A DNA stretch of 64,000 nucleotides, from positions 286,476-350,475 of the forward strand of contig JALDTO010000162.1 in the NCBI GenBank assembly GCA_023515725.1, in the 5' to 3' direction. Positions 50,084 through 64,000 of the stretch are shown piece by piece. Each line of letters opens with the position of its first letter. Within the stretch, counting starts at the first letter, position 1. The position numbers and the translations under genes are program-made. The notes under the pieces are model-generated. The model saw nothing but the letters and a program-made list of their open reading frames with translations, was not told the DNA's origin and did not search any database. This stretch comes from Amoeboaphelidium protococcarum X5 (lineage: Eukaryota > Fungi > Aphelidiomycota).

Positions 50084-51109
50084 TCATTTTCTAAACGCTA
50101 CTGAGGCAATCAATGGGAAGACTAGAGTTGCATCAGCACATATTTTAACAGACTTGGCATTACCTCTAATCTTGCCCCAGCTGACAGCCTCATCAGGACT
50201 AGCACCGGCATCGCTTCCATCAAACTCTTGCCCAGTGTTGATGTAAACCGCGTAATCAGCGCCGTTTCGCATTAGATTAGCATTGCAAATATGATGCTTA
50301 ACCAATCCACCACCCAAAATTATCATCCCAGTCTTGTCTGCTTTCATAGCAAAAGAATTTAGTCTACGCAGATCATCCACGATATTGATTCTTAATTGTT
50401 GGCTCGGATCATCAGACTTGTAAGTGTGAAAAAATATCATATCACCCAGCGATCCATCAGTCAGAGCAGGACAGTATACAGGGATATCATTCTTGGCACA
50501 CCAGTAGTATACCGATTCTTCATTATCAATGCGATGACCCAAACTGTTGATAATTTTCGATGGTGTCCAGCTAAGACCAGCTGTATTTTATTAGCGCACC
50601 ATATCATCCAATGCAGGCATGAGCCAATCTTCAAACTTGCAATAATTATCATTTGGTACGACTAGATTACCAATACGATTAAGACCTCGGGCGCGTAATG
50701 ATTTACCGTCAGTCAACTGCATTCCGATAGAATTGAGCACGAACGTTGGGGCAAGACATTTGATAAAATCCTCCTCAACGCCTCCTGCTGTAGTGACAAT
50801 AACATCCACAAGCTTATGCTTGGCCAGATATACGAATATTTCTCTGAGTCCAGATGATATTAGATTTGACGTGTATCCTAGAAATATTTTGCACTTATCC
50901 CGCCTCATTTCCTAAATCACTTTTATCGCTTAACCTAGCTATGTCGCCTGATATCCAATCTTGTGATAGTACTAAGACACAATATCATCCAGACTGATAT
51001 CATTCTCCAGATTAGGACCTTATACTTTCACCGCATCGTCACTCACAGAAACAGAGCTTTTAAACACTGCATCTATAGCATTTTACGCGTTTTCACCTCC
51101 GTCAACCAT
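50084..51109 (-). CDS. DHPS: Deoxyhypusine synthase, 341 aa
   Basis: [39 protein letters not shown]. Confidence 0.97.
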
Positions 51110-51367
51110 ATTTTGACTGATTGATTTGACGCTGCTACAATGCAAAAGATGAAGCGCTATGCTCCTACGCTGGCCACAGCGCACTGATTGAATTCATTTT
51201 TGTTGCAACAGGGATTCTAAATTTGCTCAAGGCAAGAAAATTCTGTTGTATTTGGAAGTGAGATTTATGTCATATATTATTTATACTTCTATTCTGCATC
51301 TACATCATTTACTACTTCACTTCCAAACATCAACCAAAGATCTGACCTCCAATATGATCAAGATTCA

Positions 51368-54300
51368 TCAAACTTACGCGCCACTTTGTTTTTCACTTGC
51401 CAATTTGAGAGCTCCGACGGAAGACTACACTGTATCCCTATGAGAGTTATCCTGTTCTGTGGCGGTTTTCTATGCCATTACAACTTCACCAACAAAAATT
51501 CGCGGAACAGCATCTCCTTGCCCCGTATTTGTATCATCATCCTTCTGGTTGTGATTCCCAGAGCTATTTTCAAGGGCCACAGAACTATCAGACATTGCCA
51601 TTCTAGAGGGATGTCTTATTTTCTGCATGCTCTCTTCTACGCCGTCAATATCCAACATTTGCATCACCAACTTCAACACATCCCTCTCGTCAATCAGCTC
51701 TTGAATCTACTTGTAAGCTCTCTCACTCAATTCATCAAACTTTTTCTGAACTTCTTGTAACTTGAGCTTAGTCTCAGACAACTCTTAAGTGATTGCAGCG
51801 ACTTCAGAGACTCTATTAGAATCTGATATAGTTACGGTACTATCATCCTGAGTACTTGCCAATGAACTCAAAGCATTCTATTGCATCAAAGAAGAACCAG
51901 TCTGCACGGATACATCAGCAAAAGTTCGCAACTTTTGGACAACTGAAGGGCCACCGACCAGCGTCATTACCGATGAAACATCTCTATTCGTAGCCGGACT
52001 TTTGAATAGTAGAGATGACGCAGCCATATCACTTTCTACCGTGAGTGTGGACTGCTTGAATAGCGGTGGATTCTGCTGCAATCTTGAAAGTGTCGCAGGC
52101 GTATCAATGCTATCGGCTACACTTCTTTATGCGAGAGAATTCCAGACTATCACCGCGTTGGGATCTTGAGGACTACCAGCAGAAGCCAACGATGAAGAGT
52201 CAGATGGCGCGGTCACAACAACAGTATTTTTTACCGCAGACGACCGACCATGAGCAATATTCGTTCCTGATTACACGACAGTGTATGAGGCTCTTCTCTT
52301 TTCCGACTTGAAATTGGATGAAGTTTATGACTTTGGCATAGATTGCCTCACATGAGAGGGGTGCTTAACATCTTGACTCGATTGCACACTACCGTCGCTT
52401 TTTGCATGCCCCATCTCTGTCAACTTGTCAATTTATCCATCCGATAGAATAGGATCAATAACCACGGCTTAACTCTTATCATTCGGTTCACCTCCAGCAA
52501 CGGTCAGTAGGCCATCATGAGATTTGCTAGTATTGATTTACGTCTTTCCAGTCACCGACAAACTATCTTGCTAAGATTTCGAAGGTTTCAGTATATTCTC
52601 CTTAGTTTTCTTACCAGAACCACCACTTAAGCCTCGATGATTATCGGAGTTCTTCTTACTACTGTTGCTGGACTGTGACTTTAGCTTAGCTGAAGCACGA
52701 TCCAATGACGCACCAAATGAAAAGGTTCTCTTCTTGTCAGAATTTTTGACTTTAGTAACAGCAGTCTACTATGAAGGAGGTGGTTCAGAGTTGAGAAAAT
52801 CTAGTAAATCATTAGTCTGGCTTTTCTTCTTCTACTTATTCTTATTACCTTCAGAAATTAAATCATCCAGGTCCGAATCATCCGACTCCTCTAACTTTCG
52901 ACGATCGCGTCTACTTTCAATCACTGGCTGGAGTTTTGGTACATTATTTGATTACTTTTATTTTTACTTGCTATCTATAGGCTCATTGGAACTTCGAGTG
53001 ACAATCAAAATAGAAACGCCATTATCCTGAGACTTATCTTTATGCTAAATCGATTCTCCAGCAGTGGAAGAGGTTGCAATCTAAGCAGGTCCAGATTCAC
53101 GTAGGAAATCAGCCAAAGACTCTTTATGCTACTTCTTCTTCGTCTTTTACCCAAGAAGTTCCTTCAAATCAGCATCTTCGTCATCACTAGAGTCATCTTA
53201 TATAGTTTTGACAACAGCGGATCGCGACTGTAACTTGCGAGCTTGAGGCTTAAAGAACTATTTAGCAGCAGCGGAGTCGTCTTTAGCAAGATTCTAATCT
53301 GAAATCACTTAAGCATCATCTTACTATGACACAGGCGATGAGGAATCAATTCTAGAAGCATCCATTACTTCAGCCGATAAAACAGGAGATTTGTTCATGG
53401 ATTTGTTAAGACTCTTATTGCTAGAGTCTCCAATCAATTTACTAGATTTGGTTGGGAATACTCGCGGCTGCTTTACATCAGGACCAGATTGCAAGAATGA
53501 GATCAGAGCTTATCTAAACTTCTTGTCATCTTCAGTGTCACGCGGGACAAGTTTCTTACTATTACTGCTTCCTTTAACTTTCTCAGCTTGTAGGAAATGA
53601 ATAAAGCTGGTAACTCTGTTACGCTAAGTCTCTGGCGTAGAAACGTCGGCCAAATCTACAGCACTGTGACTCTTCTACTTGTTGTTACCACCGATAAGTC
53701 CCTCTGGCGACGTTGTGGATAAGAATTCAATCAATGCACGCGTCTAATTTCCCTACTCTACCACTTCAGATGGCGTCTGAGAGCCACTCTTCATCGATTC
53801 ACCACGACTTGCCAACATTCTCGGACTGATTTCATTTCTCACAATAAACTTTTGGCCTGGCTTGGTAGATTAACGCTCCTGTTATTCATCTTATTGCAGG
53901 TTATCCAACAGCAATTCCAGTTTCTTCACACTTTCTTGAGCCTTACCTGGTCGCATAGGCGGCGATTAAACAGTTGAGGATCTGGTCGACATTTTGCTAT
54001 CCCCCTTGCCACCTGAAAGATTCTTCGCGCCAACAGCAGCTTCTTCTTACTTGGCATGAAACTAATCAACTTTACGTTAAATGCGCCGCTTCAAGGTGCT
54101 CTGGATGAAAATCTTGCTAATCTAGGCATTTTCGGTCAAAGCCTCTAGCATGTCTTCCATCTTGATAACATCTCTCTCATGCTGGAGCACATGCTTACAC
54201 AGTGCATGAATGCATATTGCAACAAGGCACTCATAGGATGCTGTGACCATCACGGCACATTTAGGCTCAAATTATGGATTATCTGGTAGTCTTCGCACAG

Positions 54301-54872
54301 CGAAATCGTCTTCAGACCTCTGACTGTTCATCTATAAACAGCAATAGGTGTGCATCTTGCTATAGACACGATAGTAAGGCACCAAAAGACGTCTTAACTT
54401 ATTAGCAGATTATGTATCGCCTGCAGGACTCACTGATCCGTCTCTGTCAGATGCCATATCTCCAAAGATGACATCATTCCATAGTTTAGCATCTCCACCA
54501 CGGCTGTTGACAATACGTGCTTCTTCTTCAGCATTTTTGATCCCCTCCTAGACTGCATTTTCAAGACCAGCAAACTGTAAACGAATCTATTGTTCAACTT
54601 CATCCCATGGCAGGTAGAAGCTGTCGTCTGAAGGATTCTGGACGTAAGATGCCGAGATCAGATTATACAGCAACTCATCGACAAACGCATTAAGAGCTTA
54701 CACTGTCTGGGCGGAGATACTAGTGACACCGGCATTTGAAATGGCTCTCTTGATAGCACGCGCAGATATGTACTTGATTTCTACACTATTTTAACTTTGT
54801 CAAGCAATTAGACAACCATAGAGTAAATGCAATACCAATGTAAAGCCTACCTTTATCAACAATATGCTTCAT
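51368..54872 (-). CDS. Large protein with an N-terminal tandem histone-fold-like region, a disordered middle with repeated LxxFL motifs and a C-terminal coil; intron 54781-54850
   Basis: Single frame from 54780 to TGA 51368; YISARA...LNAFVDELL and VTASYECL...IKMEDMLEAL. Confidence 0.78.
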
Positions 54873-55103
54873 ATCGACACTTTCTTGATTATTAATGACA
54901 ATATACTTTATTCACGATATAAGACAAGTAAATCTGATTTCAGTACAGTACTGCGTCAGTCGTCAATAAGTATAGAAATGTGTAAGTATGTGCGTTGAAT
55001 AAGAATGAGTTAGAGAAATCTATTTTTATACTTCAAGGCTTACATTTAATAATTTGCGAAACAAAGTACAGTAAATCTTGAAACTGTCCTGATTAGGCCG
55101 AGG

Positions 55104-57923
55104 TCAGGAATATTTTCGATCACCGCCGCCGTTGTCATGGGCCGATTGAAACAGACGAATTCGTTTCTACTTGATCTTTCCAAACGCGTTCCGCTGTCCA
55201 ATTTATACAATACTTTTATCATCATTATACGCTTATTATTACTTAGAGCTTGCTGATTTTTCTGTGCTAGTCTACAGCGCGATTTCTTCTCCAGATATAT
55301 GTAACTCCGTTCGATTATCGTTGTGCTCTATAGATCGCTTCTAAGGCTGTATAGTCTTGTTAAACTGTGATTCCTTAATATAATACATTCTACTCCCATA
55401 ATCAGCGAGCCAGTGCGGATCGACAGCAGTCATACACATCATGTACTCTTTCGAAGTCATTATCAGTTCATGATACACGACATACTCTGGAGTATAGCCC
55501 ATTCCATATAAAGCGGATGTTGGATGGAGATGACACGGAAGTCCAGTCTGAACATTAACGTAATCACCAAGACCTTTGAGGCGCGCAGCATGATGGAAGA
55601 ATGATGTCGCTATACACTCCCTGACAACGTCCCAGTCAGCACCGCATGATTCAATAGGAATGCGGAGACTCTTAAATATATCAAGCAATTAAGTGCGAAC
55701 ATCTCGCGCCTTCTTCATAGCCTTGCTCTGAATAAAGAAGTCACTGCACCAAGCGTCGCTGTATCGATTAAACTCCCATTGATTGTACACATTCAATAGA
55801 GAGAGGTGATCACTTTCGGGCACCAAAAACTTCTCTCGCACTTAATCACTCTCCTCCTCCCTTCCCCTTGGTCTATGAAAGACGCTGGGTACAGAGAGCA
55901 TCGACACTATCGTAATGATTTCAGCCGTACAGTGCAACTTTTCAGCGTAAATTACCATTTTCGACAATGATGGATCCAGAGGAAATTCCACCATACGCTA
56001 ACCTAATTCAGTAAGCCGTCCATCATCATCTAACGCTCCTAAAACCCAAAGCTGATACATAGAGTGCTAGATGGTATCAACAGGCGGTGGATCCATAAAC
56101 CCAAAATCAAGCAAATTATCAATGTTCAAAGACTTCAGCAGAAGAAGTACATTGGCCAGATTTGTTCTCTGAATCTCTGGGATGGTAGTGCGATACAGGT
56201 TGGCAAACTCATTCTCGCTGTACAGTCTATATGCGACACCAGCTTTAGTTCTACCAGCACGACCACTGCGCTGATTAGCATTAGCCTGAGATATAGGTGT
56301 AATCTGTAAGGCATCCATACCTATTCGTGCATTGTAAACTTTCAACTTGCAATATCCGGTATCAATGACAAAAGACACTCCATCCAAAGTCAAAGAAGTC
56401 TCGGCAATGTTAGTAGCCACGATACATTTGCGAGCGTTAGCAGGCGCCTATTTAAAAATCTTGGCCTATAAATCTGCAGGAAGTTGTGAGTAAATGGGTA
56501 GAACAGTCATTGGCTCGGCATCATCAATCTCGGCCAGCTTTTCTTTAATAACATCGCAAGTCACCTCAATATCTTCTTGACCAGTCATGAAAATAAGAAT
56601 ATCACCTGACGCGCCACTCTAATGAATAGCTACGGCTTACTTGACGGCAGCGTCAACATAATCCTCGCAAGTGGCTCTACTGTACAGCACATCAACAGGG
56701 AACGTCCTGCCAGGAATGTTGAAAACAGGAGCATAGCCAAAGAAGGTGCTAAACTTATCCGCATCCATAGTAGCAGATGTAACAATAAGCTTTAAATCTC
56801 TGCGCCGCGTTAAAATCTGTCTCAGCAATCCAAACAACACATCAGTGTGTAGTGACCTTTCATGAGCCTCGTCCATGATAATGGCGGAGTATGCATCAAG
56901 ATCTGGATCTTTTAAACACTCGCGCAGAAGGATACCATCAGTTATGTATTTAACTTTAGTCTTACAACTCGTAACGTCTTCAAATCTGATAGAATATCCA
57001 CACTCCTCACCCAGCCTAACGTTCATCTCTTCACTTACACGTTTACTCACAGACATCGCTGCCACTCTTCTAGGCTGAGTGCATCCCACCATTCCATATC
57101 GCGTATAGCCAGACTCATGCAAGTATTATGTGAGCTATGTACTCTTACCACTACCAGTCTCACCGACTATAATAATAACCTAATTATCTCGAATGACTTA
57201 AAGCAACTATTCTCGTACAGAGTATACAGGCAGGGACTCTCGAACTTTTTTAATCTATAAGCGCAAATCTTTGTCTAAAGTACCATCACCAGATTTCAAA
57301 TCAATATTATCAATAAACGATTACTTTTAAGAGCTTATATCCTCATTAGCATCAGATTTATTTCTCATAATATTACCAAGTACAGAGCCTTTGCCATCCA
57401 GAGCCTTGGCGTTTGCCCTCTAACGTTCGCGCCGCTCCCTCACAGATCGTACCAGAGCACTTCCGCGACGGCTTATCACGGCCATATCACTTGTAGGATC
57501 TCGTACGGTTGATATTAGAAACACTTGAGACTTGGAATCGGCCAAGGTATTATCGCTCATCGACTGTAGAAATGCAGGCTTCTCATTCACGAGCAGAAGG
57601 TGGACCTTTCTATGCGCTTCCCGCTCATCGCCTTCCTCATCATCCTCAAAATCTTAATCTTTCTAGCCCGCTTACAGAATACCGACACCTTTCAACCTAT
57701 TCCTTTCCCATTTGGCATTGTCTATGGCCCACTGCTTCTGCTTCACATTTAATCGCTTTCTCTAAGCGCCATCTTGTTATCGCGATGCACCTCCATATGG
57801 CTGATTATAATAAGACTTTAGCTTTCGATCATCGATTAAAACCTGCTGGTATTAATTTACATCTTCCAGTAGTAGACCGCTATCATCCAATTAATACCAG
57901 TCTCTATCTACCTGGTCCGCCAT
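55104..57923 (-). CDS. PRP16: Pre-mRNA splicing DEAH helicase Prp16, 939 aa
   Basis: [48 protein letters not shown]. Confidence 0.95.
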
Positions 57924-58163
57924 TCAAAATATTGTAGATGGGAAGGGGCACTGAGTATTTGGATATTGAAGAGAAAACGCGAGCCGGAATGAAAGGAGCT
58001 ACTTGCTGAGTACAAAGACTCTATAGGGCATGTTTATAATGGAAAGTATCCAACACTGTTTTGAATAATGATAAATCGAACTAAAGATTTGAGATTGTAT
58101 TTAAAAATAATGAAAATGTAAATCCTCAAAGTCATACATCTATTCTCTATGAAGTTCAATCTT

Positions 58164-60101
<1,938 letters not shown>

Positions 60102-60406
60102 AATTCTTATTCAATCTACTTAAATCAATCAATCAATCAGTAAATCAGATAGAAATATTGTATATCAAGGAGCCTTAGGACAGAAGAAATAGTCGAGAAG
60201 AAGAGTCTGGTGATACTTTGATTGGATCTTAATCTCAGAGTCTATTTTTAGACAACGTATTCTCTAGCTTGTTCTATTGGTTCTCTAGTTCTCGAGTAGA
60301 GCAAGGACAGACGCCACCATTGCTTTTGGTCAAAAACTAATTAATAAACTTCAAAAATTCTTGGACACGATATAGTGAATACATGAAGATGAATAACACG
60401 TTTATT

Positions 60407-61582
60407 TCATAATTTCTTCTTACTCTTGCCGGCAAGTAGTTGAGGAGGATCAGGTTCAAACAATGCGTAGTCTGGATAAAATACGAGATAAAAGTTCGTC
60501 AGAATTCCAGCAGAGTAACCACCCTAAGCTTTAATTGCCTTCATTTCTTGCTTGTACCGCGCTGGACCCTCTATCCATTTTTGCTGTATTTCATCATCAA
60601 TATCATCCCACTTGCCCAACTCATTCGTAGTGGTGCCTCTAGCAATCAGGTAGAGGTGAAACAGAAGAAACAACGCGACAATCACCGAGACAATGGCGAC
60701 GAAGAGATCCAGAGCAACTAGAAACACGTGCTGTGATAAAACAATGAGTAATCCAATGGAAATGCCTACAACTTGTTAAGAGGCACTTGCATCATCCCAG
60801 TACCGCCGCGATATTAGCCCGGTCCCTTCACCCTCGTAAGAGATATAAAGCATGTTATAAATGATGCTGGACATCAAATACACACCATAGAGACATATCG
60901 CCAGAAGTGAAGAGAGAAAATACAGGAACCATCGCCTGTTAAAATATCCTACACACTGATTTAACCATACGCAATGATGATCGTACACCATCACACAACC
61001 TCCACAGAGCGAGCAGTGTTTCGACCGCGCAGGTTTTACAGTGTGACAGGTACGACACGGCGGAGTATTCGAATAGAAGAGAATTTCATCAAATCGACCC
61101 AATGTAGGATGTTCGAGAATTTATTCCACATTCTCAGATGTGACATAACCAGGAGATACTGTACATGCAGCATAGTAGAAGAAGTATACCAAGATTATGC
61201 TCGCAGGTACAACGACAATATGTAGTTCCGAAAAGCCATAGTCAATCCCATCAGACGGGTCGGCAATGTAAGGCAAATACACAGAATAAATGAATAACGA
61301 TACACAAGAGACATAGAGAACGGTGAAGAATATCTATATAAATGGATTTCTGCCTTTGAATGTATAATTAAAGGCTCCCGCAGAACAATCGGCGACATAT
61401 TGACCAAAGATCCTTCGAATCAAAGTATACAACCAGTTGGAACAATCAGGCGAAGTCATCATGATGTGCAGACGGACGCAATAACTGTCCTGACTATGGA
61501 ACACAGGTGCAAGCACCCAGACATATAACAGAGCGAACATTATTCCGATATAAAAATACACAATTAGACTAGCAACTTCCAT
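60407..61582 (-). CDS. DHHC palmitoyltransferase (Swf1/ZDHHC4-like), 391 aa
   Basis: KPARSKHC...DHHCVWLNQCVG, TTNE, TM helices, dilysine tail SKKKL. Confidence 0.93.
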
Positions 61583-61843
61583 TCTGAATTCTTAATTAAC
61601 GTGATGTTAATGTCGGAGAAAACCAAAAGAGCAAATCAAGAGACACTGAGAAATTCTACTGAAAGAGCAAAAGCTTATTTTCAAAACTCAATTTCTCTCA
61701 AACAATTTCCAACGCGGTCAGATTGGAAAAGCTGTCCGCTCGCTAAGAATTCCAGCTTTATCATTTCTATTCTGTAAGCCGTCCGGAATCTCTCCATTAT
61801 TGTGACGTAATATTAAAAAAGCGTATTCTAAGCTGAGTAAAAT

Positions 61844-63022
61844 ATGACAGAACAGAAGGAGTTCCCGTAGCTCAAGAATACGCGCTTGCTGGATGTGATA
61901 TCGGGTAAGAGAGTGGACAAGAGCCCGGTGTGGATTATGCGATAGGCTGGAAGGTATCTGCCAGAATTTAGGGAGGTAAGAGCCAAGCATGACTTTTTCA
62001 CAATATGCCGTACTCCGTCGCTGGCTTGTGAAGTTACTCTACAGCCACTGCGTCGTTATGAAGGACTGTTGGACGCGTCAATTATTTTCAGCGATATCCT
62101 GGTAGTCCCTCAAGCCTTGGGTATGATTGTTGAGATGAAAGAGAAGGTTGGCCCTCAATTTCCATTCCCCCTCACTGATCCTAGTTAGTTTTTCAATGGA
62201 ACTGAAATGGGAGATGTTGATCGTAGTTAGGTGATTAATCCAAAGGTTGATTGCAAGTCTGCGCTATCTTATGTCTATGAAGCTGTGACCACGACGCGTT
62301 TAGCTATCAATGGTCAGGTGCCGCTATTTGGATTTTGTGGTGCACCATGGACTCTGTTAGCGTACATGGTTGAAGGCGGAGGATCGAAAATGTTCAATAA
62401 GATCAAATCGTTCATCTTCACTTATCCTGAGGAGACGAAATAGATTCTGGATGTGATCACCTCGCTGTGTATCGAACACCTTGTTCTTTAAGCTGAAGCT
62501 GGGGCTCAAGCCTTGCAAGTTTTTGACTCTTGGGCAGGTGAACTGAGTCATGAAGATTTCCTTATCTTCTCTTATCCGTACCTGCGTCGTATAGCGACTG
62601 AAGTAAAGTCTAGAACTGGGGGAGTTCCTACTGTGGTTTTTGCTAAAGGAGCTCATTATGCCATTCCAGATCTTGTTCACACTGATTATGATGTTATTGG
62701 GCTTGACTGGACTATGAATCCTCAGGAAGTTTAGAATAAAGTTTAGAAGGCTCAAGCTATAACAAGCATCAAAAAGAAATTTGTTTTGCAAGGTAATCTT
62801 GATCCGTCACTTCTGTATGCTCCTCATGATGTTATCGTGGAGAGAACCACTGCAATGCTGCAAAATTTTCTCTTGTACTCCAATGTTGAAGTCAATCAAG
62901 ATTTCGGTTATATTTGCAATCTTGGTCATGGTATACATCCTACAGTGCCTGTTGAGAATGTCAAAGTGTTTTTAGAAACTGTCAAAGATGTGACGTCAAA
63001 ACTTTTTGCTCAACAGTAATGA
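61844..63022 (+). CDS. HEM12: Uroporphyrinogen decarboxylase, 392 aa
   Basis: PVWIMRQAGRYLPE (Q = TAG 61943-61945), IFSDIL, QVFDSW, QGNLDP, NLGHG. Confidence 0.97.
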
Positions 63023-63155
63023 GTACAATGACGATGAGTTAAATACAGTTACTTGCCATATTACTTTGGATGTTTGCTATTGATTGAAGAGTTCAAAACA
63101 TTTTATTATACTTTAGAAACTCACATCTAATTACTTTATTTTTTCCAGTATAACA

Positions 63156-63398
63156 TCAAATTGAATCAAGAGGCTCAAAGTTCTCAGGTAGAATATCATA
63201 GCGCTCGAGTACGCGTATCGCACCATTCAGTATATTGCGTCCAAGTTCCACGTTGCCTGAATGAGGACCGTGAATTTAAGGAGGGCGTCTGCCTTTCATT
63301 GCGACGCTTATACGAGTAACGCTTCTACCAAGAGGTACAATTTCAGCTCTGAACAAGCTAAGCAAGTACAAGAATTCGTTTGACGCTTTTGCCGCCAT
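63156..63398 (-). CDS. Small HicA-toxin-like protein, 80 aa (tentative)
   Basis: A7 context before ATG; EFLYLLSLFRAEIVPLGRSVTRI...IHGPHSG..LGRNILNGAIRVLERYDILP. Confidence 0.5.
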
Positions 63399-64000
63399 TT
63401 TTTTTATCCACTTTAGGACTGAAATTTCAATCGATAAAGCTTCGGGATTTGGCAAACCGATCACTTTCCAAAATGCTCTCTCTCAACTTAACATGCCACT
63501 GAATAACATGGATTTTCCGTTCAACCACTTCTCCAATGCCGAGAGAACGAGGTGGAATGTTAAGCATCGACAGTGGCATATGGAGCGACTACCCCGGAGA
63601 GCAATCAGTGATCATACCCGCGATATCCACAGTAACCAATACGATTTATTAAGACATAGTCGCTCCTGCTTCATTGGATACAGTGTTGTGCGATTTAATA
63701 AGCAGTAGTAAGCAGCTACCGATACTCACACATATGGATCCTTGCGTAAAGCAGGTAACTCTCCCGAAACAACGCCAATAAGATTGTTCGGCAGCACACA
63801 CTATCCTACATACACAGATAAGTAACGAATCTAATAATAATAATAACAAACTTAACGTATTAGCGTAAGAATGCGCAATAGCTTGATCAGTACTCCATCA
63901 TTCGTGATATTGTTGATATATGATACCAAAAGAGAAGTGAAGTAGAAGCTTTTCGATATGTAAGTGACTCATAAAAAGTGAAAATGCCAGATCATCGCAT

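Noticed and set aside
63493-63981. Long open frames on both strands at the window end
   Set aside because: Several frames are equally open, as expected with a single stop codon; none is recognisable

Overview
Gene-dense eukaryotic nuclear DNA that uses a non-standard genetic code. TAA and TAG encode Gln and TGA is the only stop (translation table 6), which is why the supplied ORF track is fragmented. Re-read by hand in that code, the window holds about 37 protein genes with short intergenic gaps and only about 9 short GT-AG introns. Recognisable genes include nicastrin, an ML-domain protein, Nsp1/Nup62, a tandem RasGAP, Tsr2, an Hda1-type HDAC, BLOC1S2, dynamitin, RPS5, DNAJC3, an ankyrin-RasGEF, Vac8, RPL43, SHMT, GlnRS, XRCC4, a peroxisomal Nudix hydrolase, DHS, Prp16, a LISK-type kinase, a DHHC palmitoyltransferase and UROD, plus one tRNA-Leu(CAA). 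Fungal-type proteins combined with UAR=Gln point to an aphelid such as Amoeboaphelidium protococcarum (inference, not verified). The main items for follow-up are the code itself and a GlnRS with an insertion in its anticodon-binding domain, an unannotated highly structured ~190-nt RNA candidate (39.8-40.0 kb), a standalone HicA-like ORF, a SLATT-like 2TM protein, and an accessory island (33.4-36.7 kb). The island holds an ATG-less MMACHC-like gene and a duplicated phage/giant-virus-like CCE/HNGYY gene. All family assignments come from motif recognition by eye; no searches were run.
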